The notes under the pieces: model-generated
What the model saw: only the letters and a program-made list of their open reading frames with translations
Databases searched by the model: none
Told to the model about the DNA's origin: nothing
From: Octopus sinensis
Taxonomy: Eukaryota
Assembly (NCBI RefSeq): GCF_006345805.1
Contig: NW_021824099.1
Span: 1 to 20,001, forward strand
Length of the DNA: 20,001 nt
Direction of reading: 5' to 3'
Shown: in pieces, positions 1 through 9,425 of the stretch
Layout of the letters: every line of letters begins with the position of its first letter
Position numbering within the stretch: the first letter of the stretch is position 1
Made by a program: the position numbers and the translations under genes

Positions 1-99
1 GAATAATCAAATAAAACAATTCTTTGAGAATGTTGATTTTATGAAATATCTCATTCCATTATATCTAAAAAAAGATTCTTATATATGACGAACTGTTAA

Positions 100-610
100 T
101 GTAACTTATCTCTTTTATAATGCTAATTTATTCAATCTTAGGCAATTAAACTATCAACAGTATGCGATTACTAATATAAATTATTTTTCTTGCTGGCGAA
201 ACCTTAAAAAGATAGAAAAAATTTATTACAGAAGAGGAGTTGCTATTCCAGTTTATGTCTGGCCTGCTATTTGAATTGTTGTTTTGAAATGTTCCAGGTA
301 CTAAATATAAAAAAAATTTTAAATTAAAAACACGTATTTTTCACGGACTGGCAAATGAAGACAAAATTGATTGATTCTTATGCCAACACTCTTAAAAATA
401 ATTGATCTAAAAATTTTTTAGTTAATTTTAACTTATTAATTTTTGTTTATAAACCTATTTTAGGGTCCAATATTTTACGAATCGAAAAAATATCACATAT
501 ATTAAAAATACTTAATTTTAATTGAGATAGTTTATAAAAAAGATATGTCATGGTACAAAATCTAAATTATTCTGGTTGCATGGATTGTAAATCGGGTGGT
601 TCTCTGTAAG
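100..610 (-). pseudogene. Possible decayed intron-containing gene remnant
   Basis: Minus-strand GT-AG segments of ~33 and ~48 nt flank an open exon (SIIFKSVGIRINQFCLHLPVREKY), but neighbouring exons have in-frame stops and incompatible phases. I do not recognise the family. Confidence 0.2.
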
Positions 611-868
611 TAAAAATTACTGTTTTTTGAAATTTCTATTTTTCAAAAAGTCTTTAGATTTTTAAAAACTTTAATGAATTTCTAAAATGTGGGATTTAAT
701 TTTCAAATATGTGAGATTTAAATTTGCTCAACATTAATTATAAACAACTAGCTCGGCAGCTCGCTTCGCTCACCGCGACCTAGCTCCTGCGGAGGGCCTG
801 TTTCATCAAACAACTATAAGTTTATGTAGATGTATAAAACACACCAATCAAATAGATAACTATCACAT

Positions 869-1091
869 GTTTTGCCCGTTTGCAATGGAGACGTCGGGAG
901 TCCTCGGTCCCAGAACTAAAAAATTCCTTATTAAACTAGGGGACCTAGCAAGCAGAAGGAGAAACGATCATCGGGAATGGACATGGCTTTTCCAACGCAT
1001 ATCAATAGCCATCTTGCGTGGGAAATGCCATTCCATCTTATCCTCTGCTGCTAATTAAATATTTATGAACATTTTCTGTGTTAAAAAAAAA
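869..1091 (+). mobile_element. 5'-truncated CRE-clade non-LTR retrotransposon 3' end (restriction-like endonuclease C-terminus, 3' UTR, poly-A)
   Basis: ORF 867-1058 reads FCPFAMETSGVLGP..KFLIKLG...REWTWLFQRISIAILRG..SIL, the typical C-terminus of CRE-type RLE proteins. It is followed by A9 at 1083-1091 and flanked by the 10-bp direct repeat ACTATCACAT (859-868 and 1095-1104). Confidence 0.85.
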
Positions 1092-1220
1092 TTCACTATC
1101 ACATTAATAGATAACAATAGGCATTAAATAGATAACAATAGAGAGAGATGCGGCAGGGCAGCAGCAGCCAAAAAAGCGACACGCAAAGAAGATTTAATTA
1201 ATTACCTTAAGCTGACCGTT

Positions 1221-1458
1221 TTTTCTTCAGCTTCGTTTTTCCTCCTTCGGTTATCTATTTAAAAATTATTTTTGAATAATAAAAAATATTAGGAAAAAAG
1301 AGGCATACCGAAAATAAATTCTATCTTTACGAAAAACTTCTTTTCTTAAGCTTCGTCTTCCCTCCTTCGGTTATCTATTGAAAAAATTATTTTTGAATAA
1401 TAAAAAAGTTTAGGAAAAGAGGCATACCGAAAATAAATTCTATCTTTACGAAAAACTT
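1221..1458. repeat. Tandem duplication of a ~120-bp unit (2 copies) inside the Helitron-like element
   Basis: TTTTCTT(C/A)AGCTTCG...CCTCCTTCGGTTATCTATT...GAGGCATACCGAAAATAAATTCTATCTTTACGAAAAACTT occurs at 1221-1340 and 1341-1458 with only a few differences. Confidence 0.95.
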
Positions 1459-1807
1459 AAATAAATAGTTAATATTTTAACGCAAATTCTTCTGATTGCG
1501 CTGTCAATTGGTGGTAAATTGTGTTAATGATTGTGCTAATGTGGTTTCAACTATCAAAGTGTTTTTCAAAATCTGTTAATTGCACACTCTATTCAAGGTC
1601 GTGCAATCTGTAATTGCACATTCTGTCAAAGTCAAATATGATAATAGCTTTAATTTTGATTCATGGTCGATAATGATATATGCATTTAATTTTAAAGAGA
1701 AAAACATAGGATGAATTCTTTATCGCGAATAATTGGGAGTTCATCATTGTTAATATTCTCGCTGTCGTTTTCATCAAGGATATTCTAATACGTGAGATTT
1801 TTGCCTC

Positions 1808-2678
1808 GAAGGTTTTAATGGACCTCATCATGTAAGTCGAGGACATCGTAGTTGTTCATTTTAACCAAAATGCAGAAATTTTTTTTTTAATTTTTTTGGG
1901 GGGAAGGTTTTAAGGACCTCATCATGTAAGTCGAGGACATCGTAGTTGTTCATTTTAAACAAAATGCAGAAATTTTTTTTAATTTTTTTGGGGGGAAGGT
2001 TTTAAGGACGTTATCATGTAAGTCGAGGACATCGTAGTTGTTCATTTTAACCAAAATGCAGAAATTTTTTTTTAATTTTTTTTGGGGGGAAGGTTTTAAA
2101 GACCTCATCATGTAAGTCGAAGACATCGTAGTTGTTTATTTTAACCAAAATGCAAAAAAAAATTTTTTAATTTTTTTTGGGGGGAAGGTTTTAAGGACCT
2201 CATCATGTAAGTCGAGGACATCGTAGTTGTTCATTTTAACCAAAATGCAGAAATTTTTTTTTAATTTTTTTTGGGGGGAAGGTTTTAAGGACCTCATCAT
2301 GTAAGTCGAGGACATCGTAGTTGTTCATTTTAACCAAAATGCAGAAATTTTTTTTTTAATTTTTTTGGGGGGAAGGTTTTAAAGACCTCATCATGTAAGT
2401 CGAAGACATCGTAGTTGTTCATTTTAACCAAAATGCAGAATTTTTTTTTTAATTTTTTTTGGGGGGAAGGTTTTAAGGACTTTATCATGTAAGTCGAGGA
2501 CATCGTAGTTGTTCATTTTAACCAAAATGCAAAAAAATTTTTTTTAATTTTTTTTTTTGGGGGGAAGGTTTTAAGGACCTCATCATGTAAGTCGAGGACA
2601 TCGTAGTTGTTCATTTTAACCAAAATGCAGAAAAAAATTTTTTGCTTTTTTTGGCGAAAAGGTTTTAAGGACCTCATT
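1808..2678. repeat. Satellite-like tandem array, ~94-bp unit, 9 full copies plus a partial copy
   Basis: Unit GAAGGTTTTAAGGACCTCATCATGTAAGTCGAGGACATCGTAGTTGTTCATTTTAACCAAAATGCAGAAA-Tn-AA-Tn-Gn starts at about 1808, 1903, 1995, 2089, 2184, 2278, 2372, 2466, 2564 and 2658. Length differences fall almost entirely in homopolymer runs. Confidence 0.97.
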
Positions 2679-2823
2679 ATCGAGGATATTCTTGATATGT
2701 TAGATTTTTGGGTGGAAGATTCTTGGAGGAGTTCATGATTTTAAGCTTGTTCCCCATTATTGGCTAATAAGGGGAAAGGATTTTGACAATTTATCTGTAC
2801 TTTGCCAATTTGAAGTTGGTGTG

Positions 2824-2852
2824 CACACACAGACAGACAGACAGACACACAC
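2824..2852. repeat. (CA)/(GACA) microsatellite near the Helitron 5' end
   Basis: CACACACAGACAGACAGACAGACACACAC. Such GTCT-type microsatellites are common near the 5' ends of non-autonomous Helitron/DINE-like elements. Confidence 0.85.
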
Positions 2853-3280
2853 CATACCATTTTATTATTAAGATATAAATAGGCCCAATGGGATTAGTAT
2901 TCTTTTCTCGATCGGGAGGCTCATTGAAAAGGAGACAAAACACACCCTGGAAACCAGTTGGCTGTACTAGAGGGTATCGATAGCAATCTTGTGCACACTG
3001 GTGAATACTGATTTTCAAATTATCAGTTACGATAATTAATCATAAATAGTCAATCGTCCTTGCAATAGTATAATCATATAAATAGATAAATCTATCATTA
3101 TATTCCACTCATAAATCCAGAAATTATTAAAAATCAAAAATATTCACAACCAAAACGACCACTTAATTAAAAACTGCCTGAACCATAACTCGTTGTTTGG
3201 AGGTAAAATAACAAGTTAAGACACACACCAAGTCCTATATAGTAAATATAATAATCGAAAGTATTAAAAAACTGATTTAT

Positions 3281-3941
3281 TTAAATATCGACAATAACAA
3301 AAATGTCAGTACGATTACTAGTTGTAACAATATTCATACAATGGTAAGTAACAGCCTTGATCTCCGTCCCCAAAAAATAAAAAATATTATTTAAAACTTG
3401 TTCGTGTTTTTTCAAATCAAACTCCTCTCCTTTTCTATAAATGAATCAAAAAACTACAAATCTTACAATCTACATTCCAAAGACCATCCTCCATCACAAT
3501 TTTGACCAAATTGAGTAATATTTATATCCTAAATATTAAAAATAACCAAAAATACATTTGCGACAAAATATTGACCGCAGGAAAATATAAAAATTATTTC
3601 ATCCAGAAAATTGTAAAGTAAAGAATATAAATCGTGTCCTACGTTAAAAATAATCACAAAAAACCTTCAACGGTAAAATCAAAATAATTTTTAAATTCAA
3701 CTTTATTTATATTTGTCATATAACCGTACATTCCGAGAGCAGCCTAAAATTAACAAAATAAAAATGCCAATTCAAAGGCTTCCTCGATATTTGGAGACCC
3801 TAAAAATTTCATGTTTAAATTTATACAGGAATGGATTCTATATTTATTAATTTAATATTTAATACTGAATATCAGCAGGATGGTCCAAATCTTAAAAAAT
3901 TATTATTTAATTTACTAACATTCATATCCACACTCACCCAT
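3281..3941 (-). CDS. ZBTB8OS: Archease (cofactor of the RtcB tRNA ligase), 9 exons
   Basis: Manual splicing gives MGECGYEYLDHPADIQIHSWSPNIEEAFELAALGMYGYMTN...GHDLYSLLYNFLDE...KGEEFDLKKHEQ-GTEIKAVTYHCM...DIFVIVDI*, which has the archease motifs YEYLDHxADxQ, EEAFE, GTEVKAITY and VIxDI. Introns: 3919-3891 (29), 3865-3838 (28), 3826-3800 (27), 3767-3744 (24, GC-AG), 3664-3639 (26), 3555-3529 (27), 3466-3435 (32), 3397-3371 (27, GT-TG or retained). Confidence 0.93.
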
Positions 3942-4167
3942 ATGACAATAAAATAAAATTTAAATAATTAAAATATTTTTTTATAAATATTTTTTAAATT
4001 AAATTTTGTGTGTCAATTATTTGTTTGAAATAATAAGATTTTTGTGTCTATTGATTTAATTGTAACCGTTTTCAGTAAAAAAATTTATTTAATATTATTT
4101 TTCATAATAAAGAAATTTTAATTTCGTTATTTTAATTAATAATAATAATTTATAATAAAAAATTATT

Positions 4168-5389
4168 TTAAAATAAATCAAATTTATTTTCTTGTTGTAG
4201 CATTCTAATATTCTCCAACTCTGAATAATTCTTTTTCAATTTATTCTTCATTTCCATTATCTACAATAAATTAAGATTTTAATACAATATTTAAATCTTT
4301 CTTTGCCTCATTCAATGATTCATACACATTAGAATGCCTTTTATTTATTATTTTGTTATTAAATTCACGAAGTTCCTCTGTAATCTGTTCCACGTCTTCA
4401 GCCCTAAAAAATGATAAAAATTTCCCGCCTTTTTCTTTCTTTTTCCATCAAATCAAAAGCCGAAAAATTTTTCTTAGCCACTATCTGGTCTATGGGACTG
4501 TTCTTGGCCTAAAAGTCAATTTTTATGTGTACAATCTCATTTTCCATAGAAGTAGGAATACGAGTCACATCAACTCCAAAAGGTGCATTTTTAATAGAAT
4601 TATTAATTTCTTAAAATTAATATATTTTAATTAAATATATTATTAAATAATAAAATAAACTTATTTTTCCAATTTGAATATCAAATATTTTTTGTTGGTT
4701 AATTATTTTGGTCTTTTCTCTCCAATCAACCAGAGCTCGACATACACTGAAGATTATAAATAAAAAACAACTTTAAACGATCCAATTTTTTCTGAGTCAC
4801 AATTTTTAAATCGTCGGAAACAATTTTTGGTTTATTTTTATTCATAATTTTTGATTTTTTCTCTTAAAATTCATGGAAAACTATTTTTTTACCAATTTTT
4901 ATTGGAATTTGGGTATTTTGGTGGATTTCGTTTTTTAAATGTTTCAAAAAACTGTCTAAACCTGAAGAATATATTTTTTTAAAATCTGAGTCCAGTGGGT
5001 TTGATCTAAGACTCAAATTTTTTAAATTTGGTAAAAATCCTGTCTGTTTTTTGATGTAGAAAAACCGTATGAGTTTGGAATTGAAGTCAGGACGTTTCGG
5101 TCGAGAAGGAGTGTGTTGAGGTCACACTCTTTTGGCGATTGGACCAAAGGTAGTTGAGTTATTTGATTGGCGCGAAGATCAATCCAAAGAGCTTTTTGGA
5201 GGGAATCAAAAAATGAATTTGGTAATATTTTTAGATTGTTTTTTGATAGATCTAAGAACTTAATTATTTTAATATAATTACTTTTATGTTTTTTATATTT
5301 AGGAGTTCTTTTGGAATTTCGTTTAGTTTAGAATTAGATAAATTAATTCTATTTTCATTACATTGTTCATATGCCTTAGATATCATCAT
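4168..5389 (-). CDS. LRRC27: Leucine-rich repeat protein, LRRC27-like, 9 exons
   Basis: The spliced product has N-terminal LRRs (INLSNSKLNEIP, FLDLSKNNLKILPNSFFDSL, LWIDLRANQITQLP, LNTLLLDRNVLTSIPNSYG, LKNLSLRSNPL) and then a coiled-coil region with CRALVDWREK, which resembles KRALQEWRER as I recall it from vertebrate LRRC27. Eight introns of 23, 26, 30, 25, ~49, 24, 25 (GC-AG) and 25 nt keep the frame to TAA at 4170-4168. The start codon is uncertain. Confidence 0.78.
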
Positions 5390-5671
5390 AAGATTGGTAA
5401 CTTGGTAATATTTTATTTATTTAATTAACAAATAGAATATAAAATATAATATTTTATAAAATATAATAAATTTTAAATTAATATAGTTTCTATTTTTTAT
5501 ATCAAAAATGTATAATAAAAAACAACTATCAATATACAAAATTCTTATTTCTAAATTAAACTATAATATAAAGCTAAATATTTATAATTATTTATAAATA
5601 TATTAATATAAATAATATTTTTAGAAATATAAAAAAATAATAAAAGACTAATACTCAGCACCTTGTTGTGC

Positions 5672-6223
5672 ATGTCAGGCCAACATATTTCTGACCCAAT
5701 TACCACAGAAAATAGTAATTTATAAATAAAATATAATTAATTAGTAATAACCACAAACAAACGTGGTTGGAATGACCCTCCTAAGATGTCATACATGTAT
5801 ACAACCTCTGGCTCAGACTCATCCAGCACAGCCTCAAATTCAACATCCTCAAAGCCAAAATTCGATAAAAATGAAGATTTGGGGAAACAGTCTTACGTAA
5901 TCAACAATTCTCAAAAAATAACATCAGGCCTCGTTAAAGTTGTTTAAAAAATAATTATTCCAAAGGAGGCTGTGATTGGTAAAAGAATTGACATTCTTAA
6001 CGAGGCATGGGAAGGAAATTTGCTATCAGAAGAAATAAAGGACTATTTGGTTCAATTAATCACGTGCTTGCTCAAACCTGACTTTTTTCGCGCCGAAAAT
6101 ATATGCAAGATTATGGCGGTTGACCACATTAAAGAGGTTCATTTCATTATGTAATAAATTCAGGTAAGTAGGTGGATTGCTGGATATAGAATGCTCATTT
6201 CTCAATTAAAAAATAATATATAA
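5672..6223 (+). CDS. SRA1: Steroid receptor RNA activator protein (SRAP), 4 exons
   Basis: N-terminal NKRGWNDPPKMSY motif, then a C-terminal helical domain IGKRIDILNEAWEGNLLSEEIK...MAVDHIKE|VSRWIAGYRMLI*. Three GT-AG introns of 30, 27 and 27 nt. Confidence 0.88.
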
Positions 6224-6254
6224 GTTTTTTAATTTAATTTTTACTAACATTTTA

Positions 6255-6875
6255 TTAAAAATCTTCAATTTTTATATAACAGATATTATTTCCCGCCGTT
6301 GTAGCTATTATTAAAGCGCGGGAACCAAAAATACGGGTATATGAATCTCTAAGTTGCATCAAATCATTTTCCTCACTAAAAATACTGTTTAAAATTATAT
6401 ATAAATAATATTTAAATTAATTAAAATATATAATAAAATACCTTGTTACAAATAGATGATATTGTGGTGATGTGGGATTGGATTTTTTAAAAGTCTTAAC
6501 ACAAGACGGTAAATAAACATCAAAAATGGAATAATAAAAAGGAGTAGTATTACGACGTAGTACATAGCCCAGTTGTGTTAAATTGGAGTATACAGTCATG
6601 ACATTACTCCCCAATAGTCCATCAACTATAAGGGACAGGTCATCGGCCTGTAGTATTTGGCCGTCTTTTAGACATGTTAGTGAGCCCTTGTTGGTTAGAT
6701 ATAGTATTTCCTCGGGGAATAAGTAATGTCTACTATTTTTTGAATAACCCATTGTTTTGAAGAAGTTGCCCTAAATTAAAATATATATTTTTTATACTTT
6801 TATTTTTACTAGTTCGCCTACTTTCAAGTCTTCTATCCAATTAGCATGTGCTGTTTTAGATAGTAATAACTCCAT
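6255..6875 (-). CDS. TSEN54: tRNA-splicing endonuclease subunit Sen54, reduced form (~178 aa), 3 exons
   Basis: Exons 6875-6798, 6770-6442 and 6384-6255 give ...GNFFKTMGYS...YLFPEEILYL...VYSNLTQLGYVLRR...FDVYLPS...FKKSNPTSPQYHLFV..., matching the Sen54 N-terminal domain and the C-terminal DVY/FxKSxP motifs. Introns are 27 and 57 nt. Confidence 0.85.
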
Positions 6876-7218
6876 TAATTAAATAACCACAACAAGTGGA
6901 TAAATTATATATATTTTATTATATTATCAAATTTTAAAATTAATTAAATATACTTTACTTAGTAGTTTGACCCAGTCAAACTTAATTTTAATACTTATTA
7001 AATATATATATTATAATGTGACAAATTATTATAACTTTAGTCATTTTAACTTTTCTATATAGATTAGCTAACGATTAGGAATGACTTTATAAATTTTTAT
7101 TTTATTAATATAGTTAATTTAATAAATATTTTTTAAATAATTAATTAGTATATTTAAATTTATAATAAAAGAAGACATAATTTATTGTGGTCCCCTTACT
7201 CTAGTGAGTAATATAAAC

Positions 7219-8700
7219 ATGAGCATTGAGCAGTCACTTATACCGATAATTTCTCCTTGTATTCCAGACGAGGAAAAGATTATCCAATCATTGCTAATAT
7301 TAGAAAAGTTCCAACAAGATTTTAGACATTTTATTCAAAAATAAATCAAAATGTATAAATATGTAACGATTAAAGCTATAGATAGATGTTAGAAAGGACA
7401 GATTGTCATCCATAAAGTCTAGAATTTCAATTGTTGAGCAAAAAATCAAAAACTGGACAAATCGGGCAAGGCAATAAGGATTTATTCTCCCTTCAATTTG
7501 CCTCAGACAATAAAATTTCCAAGAAATGACCTCCAAGTTAGGCCAAATGTTAAAAATGAAACCAAACTCCACTACAAACTATCAAAAGTTTTTTCATTTA
7601 AATATCTATTATAAATTTAATTAAAAATAAAATTATTTTAATTAATTAATTAGAATTTAGATTTAATTTCTCAATATAAAAATTCTACAATGGTCCCAGC
7701 CTCTTTTGATTTAATAAAAGACAAGGAAAAGACACCGTTTAATGAGGGAATTGGCAGGCCTCCGAACAATTTGAAAAGCACTGGAAATTTTCTTATATAT
7801 AATACAAATATAAATGCGTAATTTATTTTTATATTTATTATTAATTTTTTATTTTAATAAATAGATTTAAAAACTATTCTTTTGTTGATCCTCTTAACGT
7901 TGTTTCAAAAATTACAAAACCACATGAAAAAAGACACGAGCCAGCCAAGGCACCGGAGACCGTGACTTTGGGCCATCAATTCGATCCTTTCCAGCGTTTA
8001 AATTTTGACTACAATCCTATTTTGGGTGATGTACCTCAAATCAAGGTCCCCGAAAGTCTTCCCGTGCTTTCTGGTTAAACTCAATTTGTTATTTCAGGGA
8101 TTGTAAGTGATTTGAATTATCTCCCTAAAAAAGAAACGGGGATTGCTCCGTCGATTATTTTGACCGAAATCACCGTGGATTTACCGGATCTTGATAACGA
8201 ATTCACCGAGGATCCCGTAATGTCCACACCACCAAAGGTCGAGGCTTCGCATCCCGAATCCAACATTTTTCCAAAACTGAAATTGCGAGAGGAAAACATG
8301 ACTTTGTCATCAAAAATGAAATCGAGGAAAATTTTGTAGTCGAAGATGACAAAAAATGTCGAGGTCACTCCGAAGCCTTCAGGAGAACCGAAACTGAAGG
8401 CTCTGCTGACTCAATTCTTGACGCGGGAGGGATAAATCAGTTCAAATTCCGAAAAAGAAAGAAAATGAAACAAAAACTGAGATTGAACCAAAAAAGGAAG
8501 AGGAAAAAATTGATATATTGTCACAACTCAAAAAAGTGTTAAAAAGAAGAGGAGAGTCTCTAAAAGGGAAGGGAGAGGACTATGTAGAGCCTCCAAAGTC
8601 GAAGAAGTATGAGGAGTCACCACTAATCAAGAGTATGTCTAAAGTCATAAAGAGTGAATCAATGGAGGAGGATGAAAATGAGGCTGGCTGGTCGGATTAA
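7219..8700 (+). CDS. WASHC1: WASH complex subunit 1 (WASH1), 5 exons; three +1-A corrections are needed to restore the frame
   Basis: WAHD-like motifs: KAIRIYSP, EGIGRPPNNLKS..FLIYNT..N.FKNYSFVDPL, YNPILGDVPQIKVPESLPVL.GIVSDLNY and GIAPS. It also has a WH2-like DSILDAGG, DILSQLKKVLKRRGESLKGK and an acidic-Trp tail EEDENEAGWSD*. Frameshifts occur at A5 runs near 7448-7452, ~8293-8316 and 8452-8456. Confidence 0.88.
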
Positions 8701-9009
8701 ATTTATTTTGATTACTAATATTATTATATAAGTCACATTTATTGGGTTTCAAGTATTTCTATTTTCTAGGTTTTCAAAAAAAATAATATTTGATAATATT
8801 TTGAGCTAAAAATGGCTTTTTATTTTTTTCTTGCAAAAACAATAGCGAGATTTTTACGTATCAACTTTATTTTTAGCTAAGAGGTAGAATATGATAGTCA
8901 GCTGTATTATCTTAAAAAATTGACATTGTTGTTAAAAAATACTTAATTGTCCATGGTTTGAGCTCTTAGTGTGTTTTCAAACATCCTTAATATTAATTTT
9001 AAAACATAT

Positions 9010-9425
9010 TATTCCTGGAAAGACTGGCAGTCGAGCCAGATGCCGTGATTGTAGGAAGGAGGCACAAGGTCTCGTATTTCGAATGAGGCAGCATTATTTG
9101 TTATTCCGTCTAATTATTGATATCCCTCAAAATCCGTCAAAAGTTGAAATTGGCGTAATCAGCGAATTGTCTTTGAGGATGAGGGACCGATCATTAATCA
9201 ATTTGTTACTACGATGACGTTATCGAACAAAAATTGATAAATATGCAACTCGCTAGATACATATATCCACGAATACTCCTTCTGGAGCTGTAGCACATCT
9301 AGAATTTGTTCAATTTATCAAAATGTTTCTTTTGGGTATTGTTTACATTCTCATCTTCAAATTGGTCGTCCATTCTTGATCGAGTGTACCACCAACTACA
9401 TGAGGACTGTCGACAAAAACTTATT
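9010..9425 (+). mobile_element. Degenerate hAT-type transposase fragment with a BED zinc-finger-like N-terminus
   Basis: GKTGSRARCRDCRKEAQGLVFRMRQH resembles the RAKCxxCxKExQGLVxRMKxH BED finger of DUF659-type hAT transposases. Downstream broken frames give STNTPSGAVAHLEFVQFIKM and GRPFLDRVY, similar to ATNTPFxxVEHPEF...LLDxVY. Stops and frameshifts are present and no termini were found. Confidence 0.6.

Larger units (their letters stand above)
748..2873 (-). mobile_element. Non-autonomous Helitron-like element (~2.1 kb)
   Basis: On the minus strand it begins A|TCTTAATAATAAAATGGTATGGTGTGTGTCTGTCTG (5' TC at 2873-2872). It ends in an imperfect GC-rich hairpin, GGTCGCGGTGAGCGAAGCGAGCTGCCGAG, followed by CTAG|T (748). 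Insertion between A and T with no TSD, 5' TC, 3' hairpin plus CTAG is the Helitron signature. No Rep/helicase ORF is visible. Confidence 0.72.

Noticed and set aside
1832-1875. Each satellite unit contains GTAAGT...TTTAAC...TGCAG on the plus strand, a 44-nt intron look-alike.
   Set aside because: The intervening 'exons' are variable T/G homopolymers with no maintained frame, and 44 nt is off this genome's 22-32-nt mode. Probably chance.
1808-2678. CRISPR-like interpretation of the regularly spaced repeat.
   Set aside because: The whole unit repeats with no unique spacers, there are no cas genes, and the context is eukaryotic.
2875-3260. Hydrophobic minus-strand frame (...HKIAIDTL*YSQLV...ILIPLGLFI) that continues across the Helitron empty site as LFIINVEQI*.
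   Set aside because: Several in-frame stops and no recognisable family. Possibly a dead membrane-protein gene, but I cannot support it.
3303-3350. Plus-strand ATG MSVRLLVVTIFIQ followed by GTAAGT, resembling a signal-peptide first exon.
   Set aside because: It is the antisense of the conserved archease last exon.
7440-8460. Programmed ribosomal frameshifting or an alternative genetic code as the explanation for broken frames.
   Set aside because: All host genes end in TAA and have no internal stops once spliced. The WASH1 shifts sit on short A5 runs without consistent recoding signals, so an assembly error is more parsimonious.
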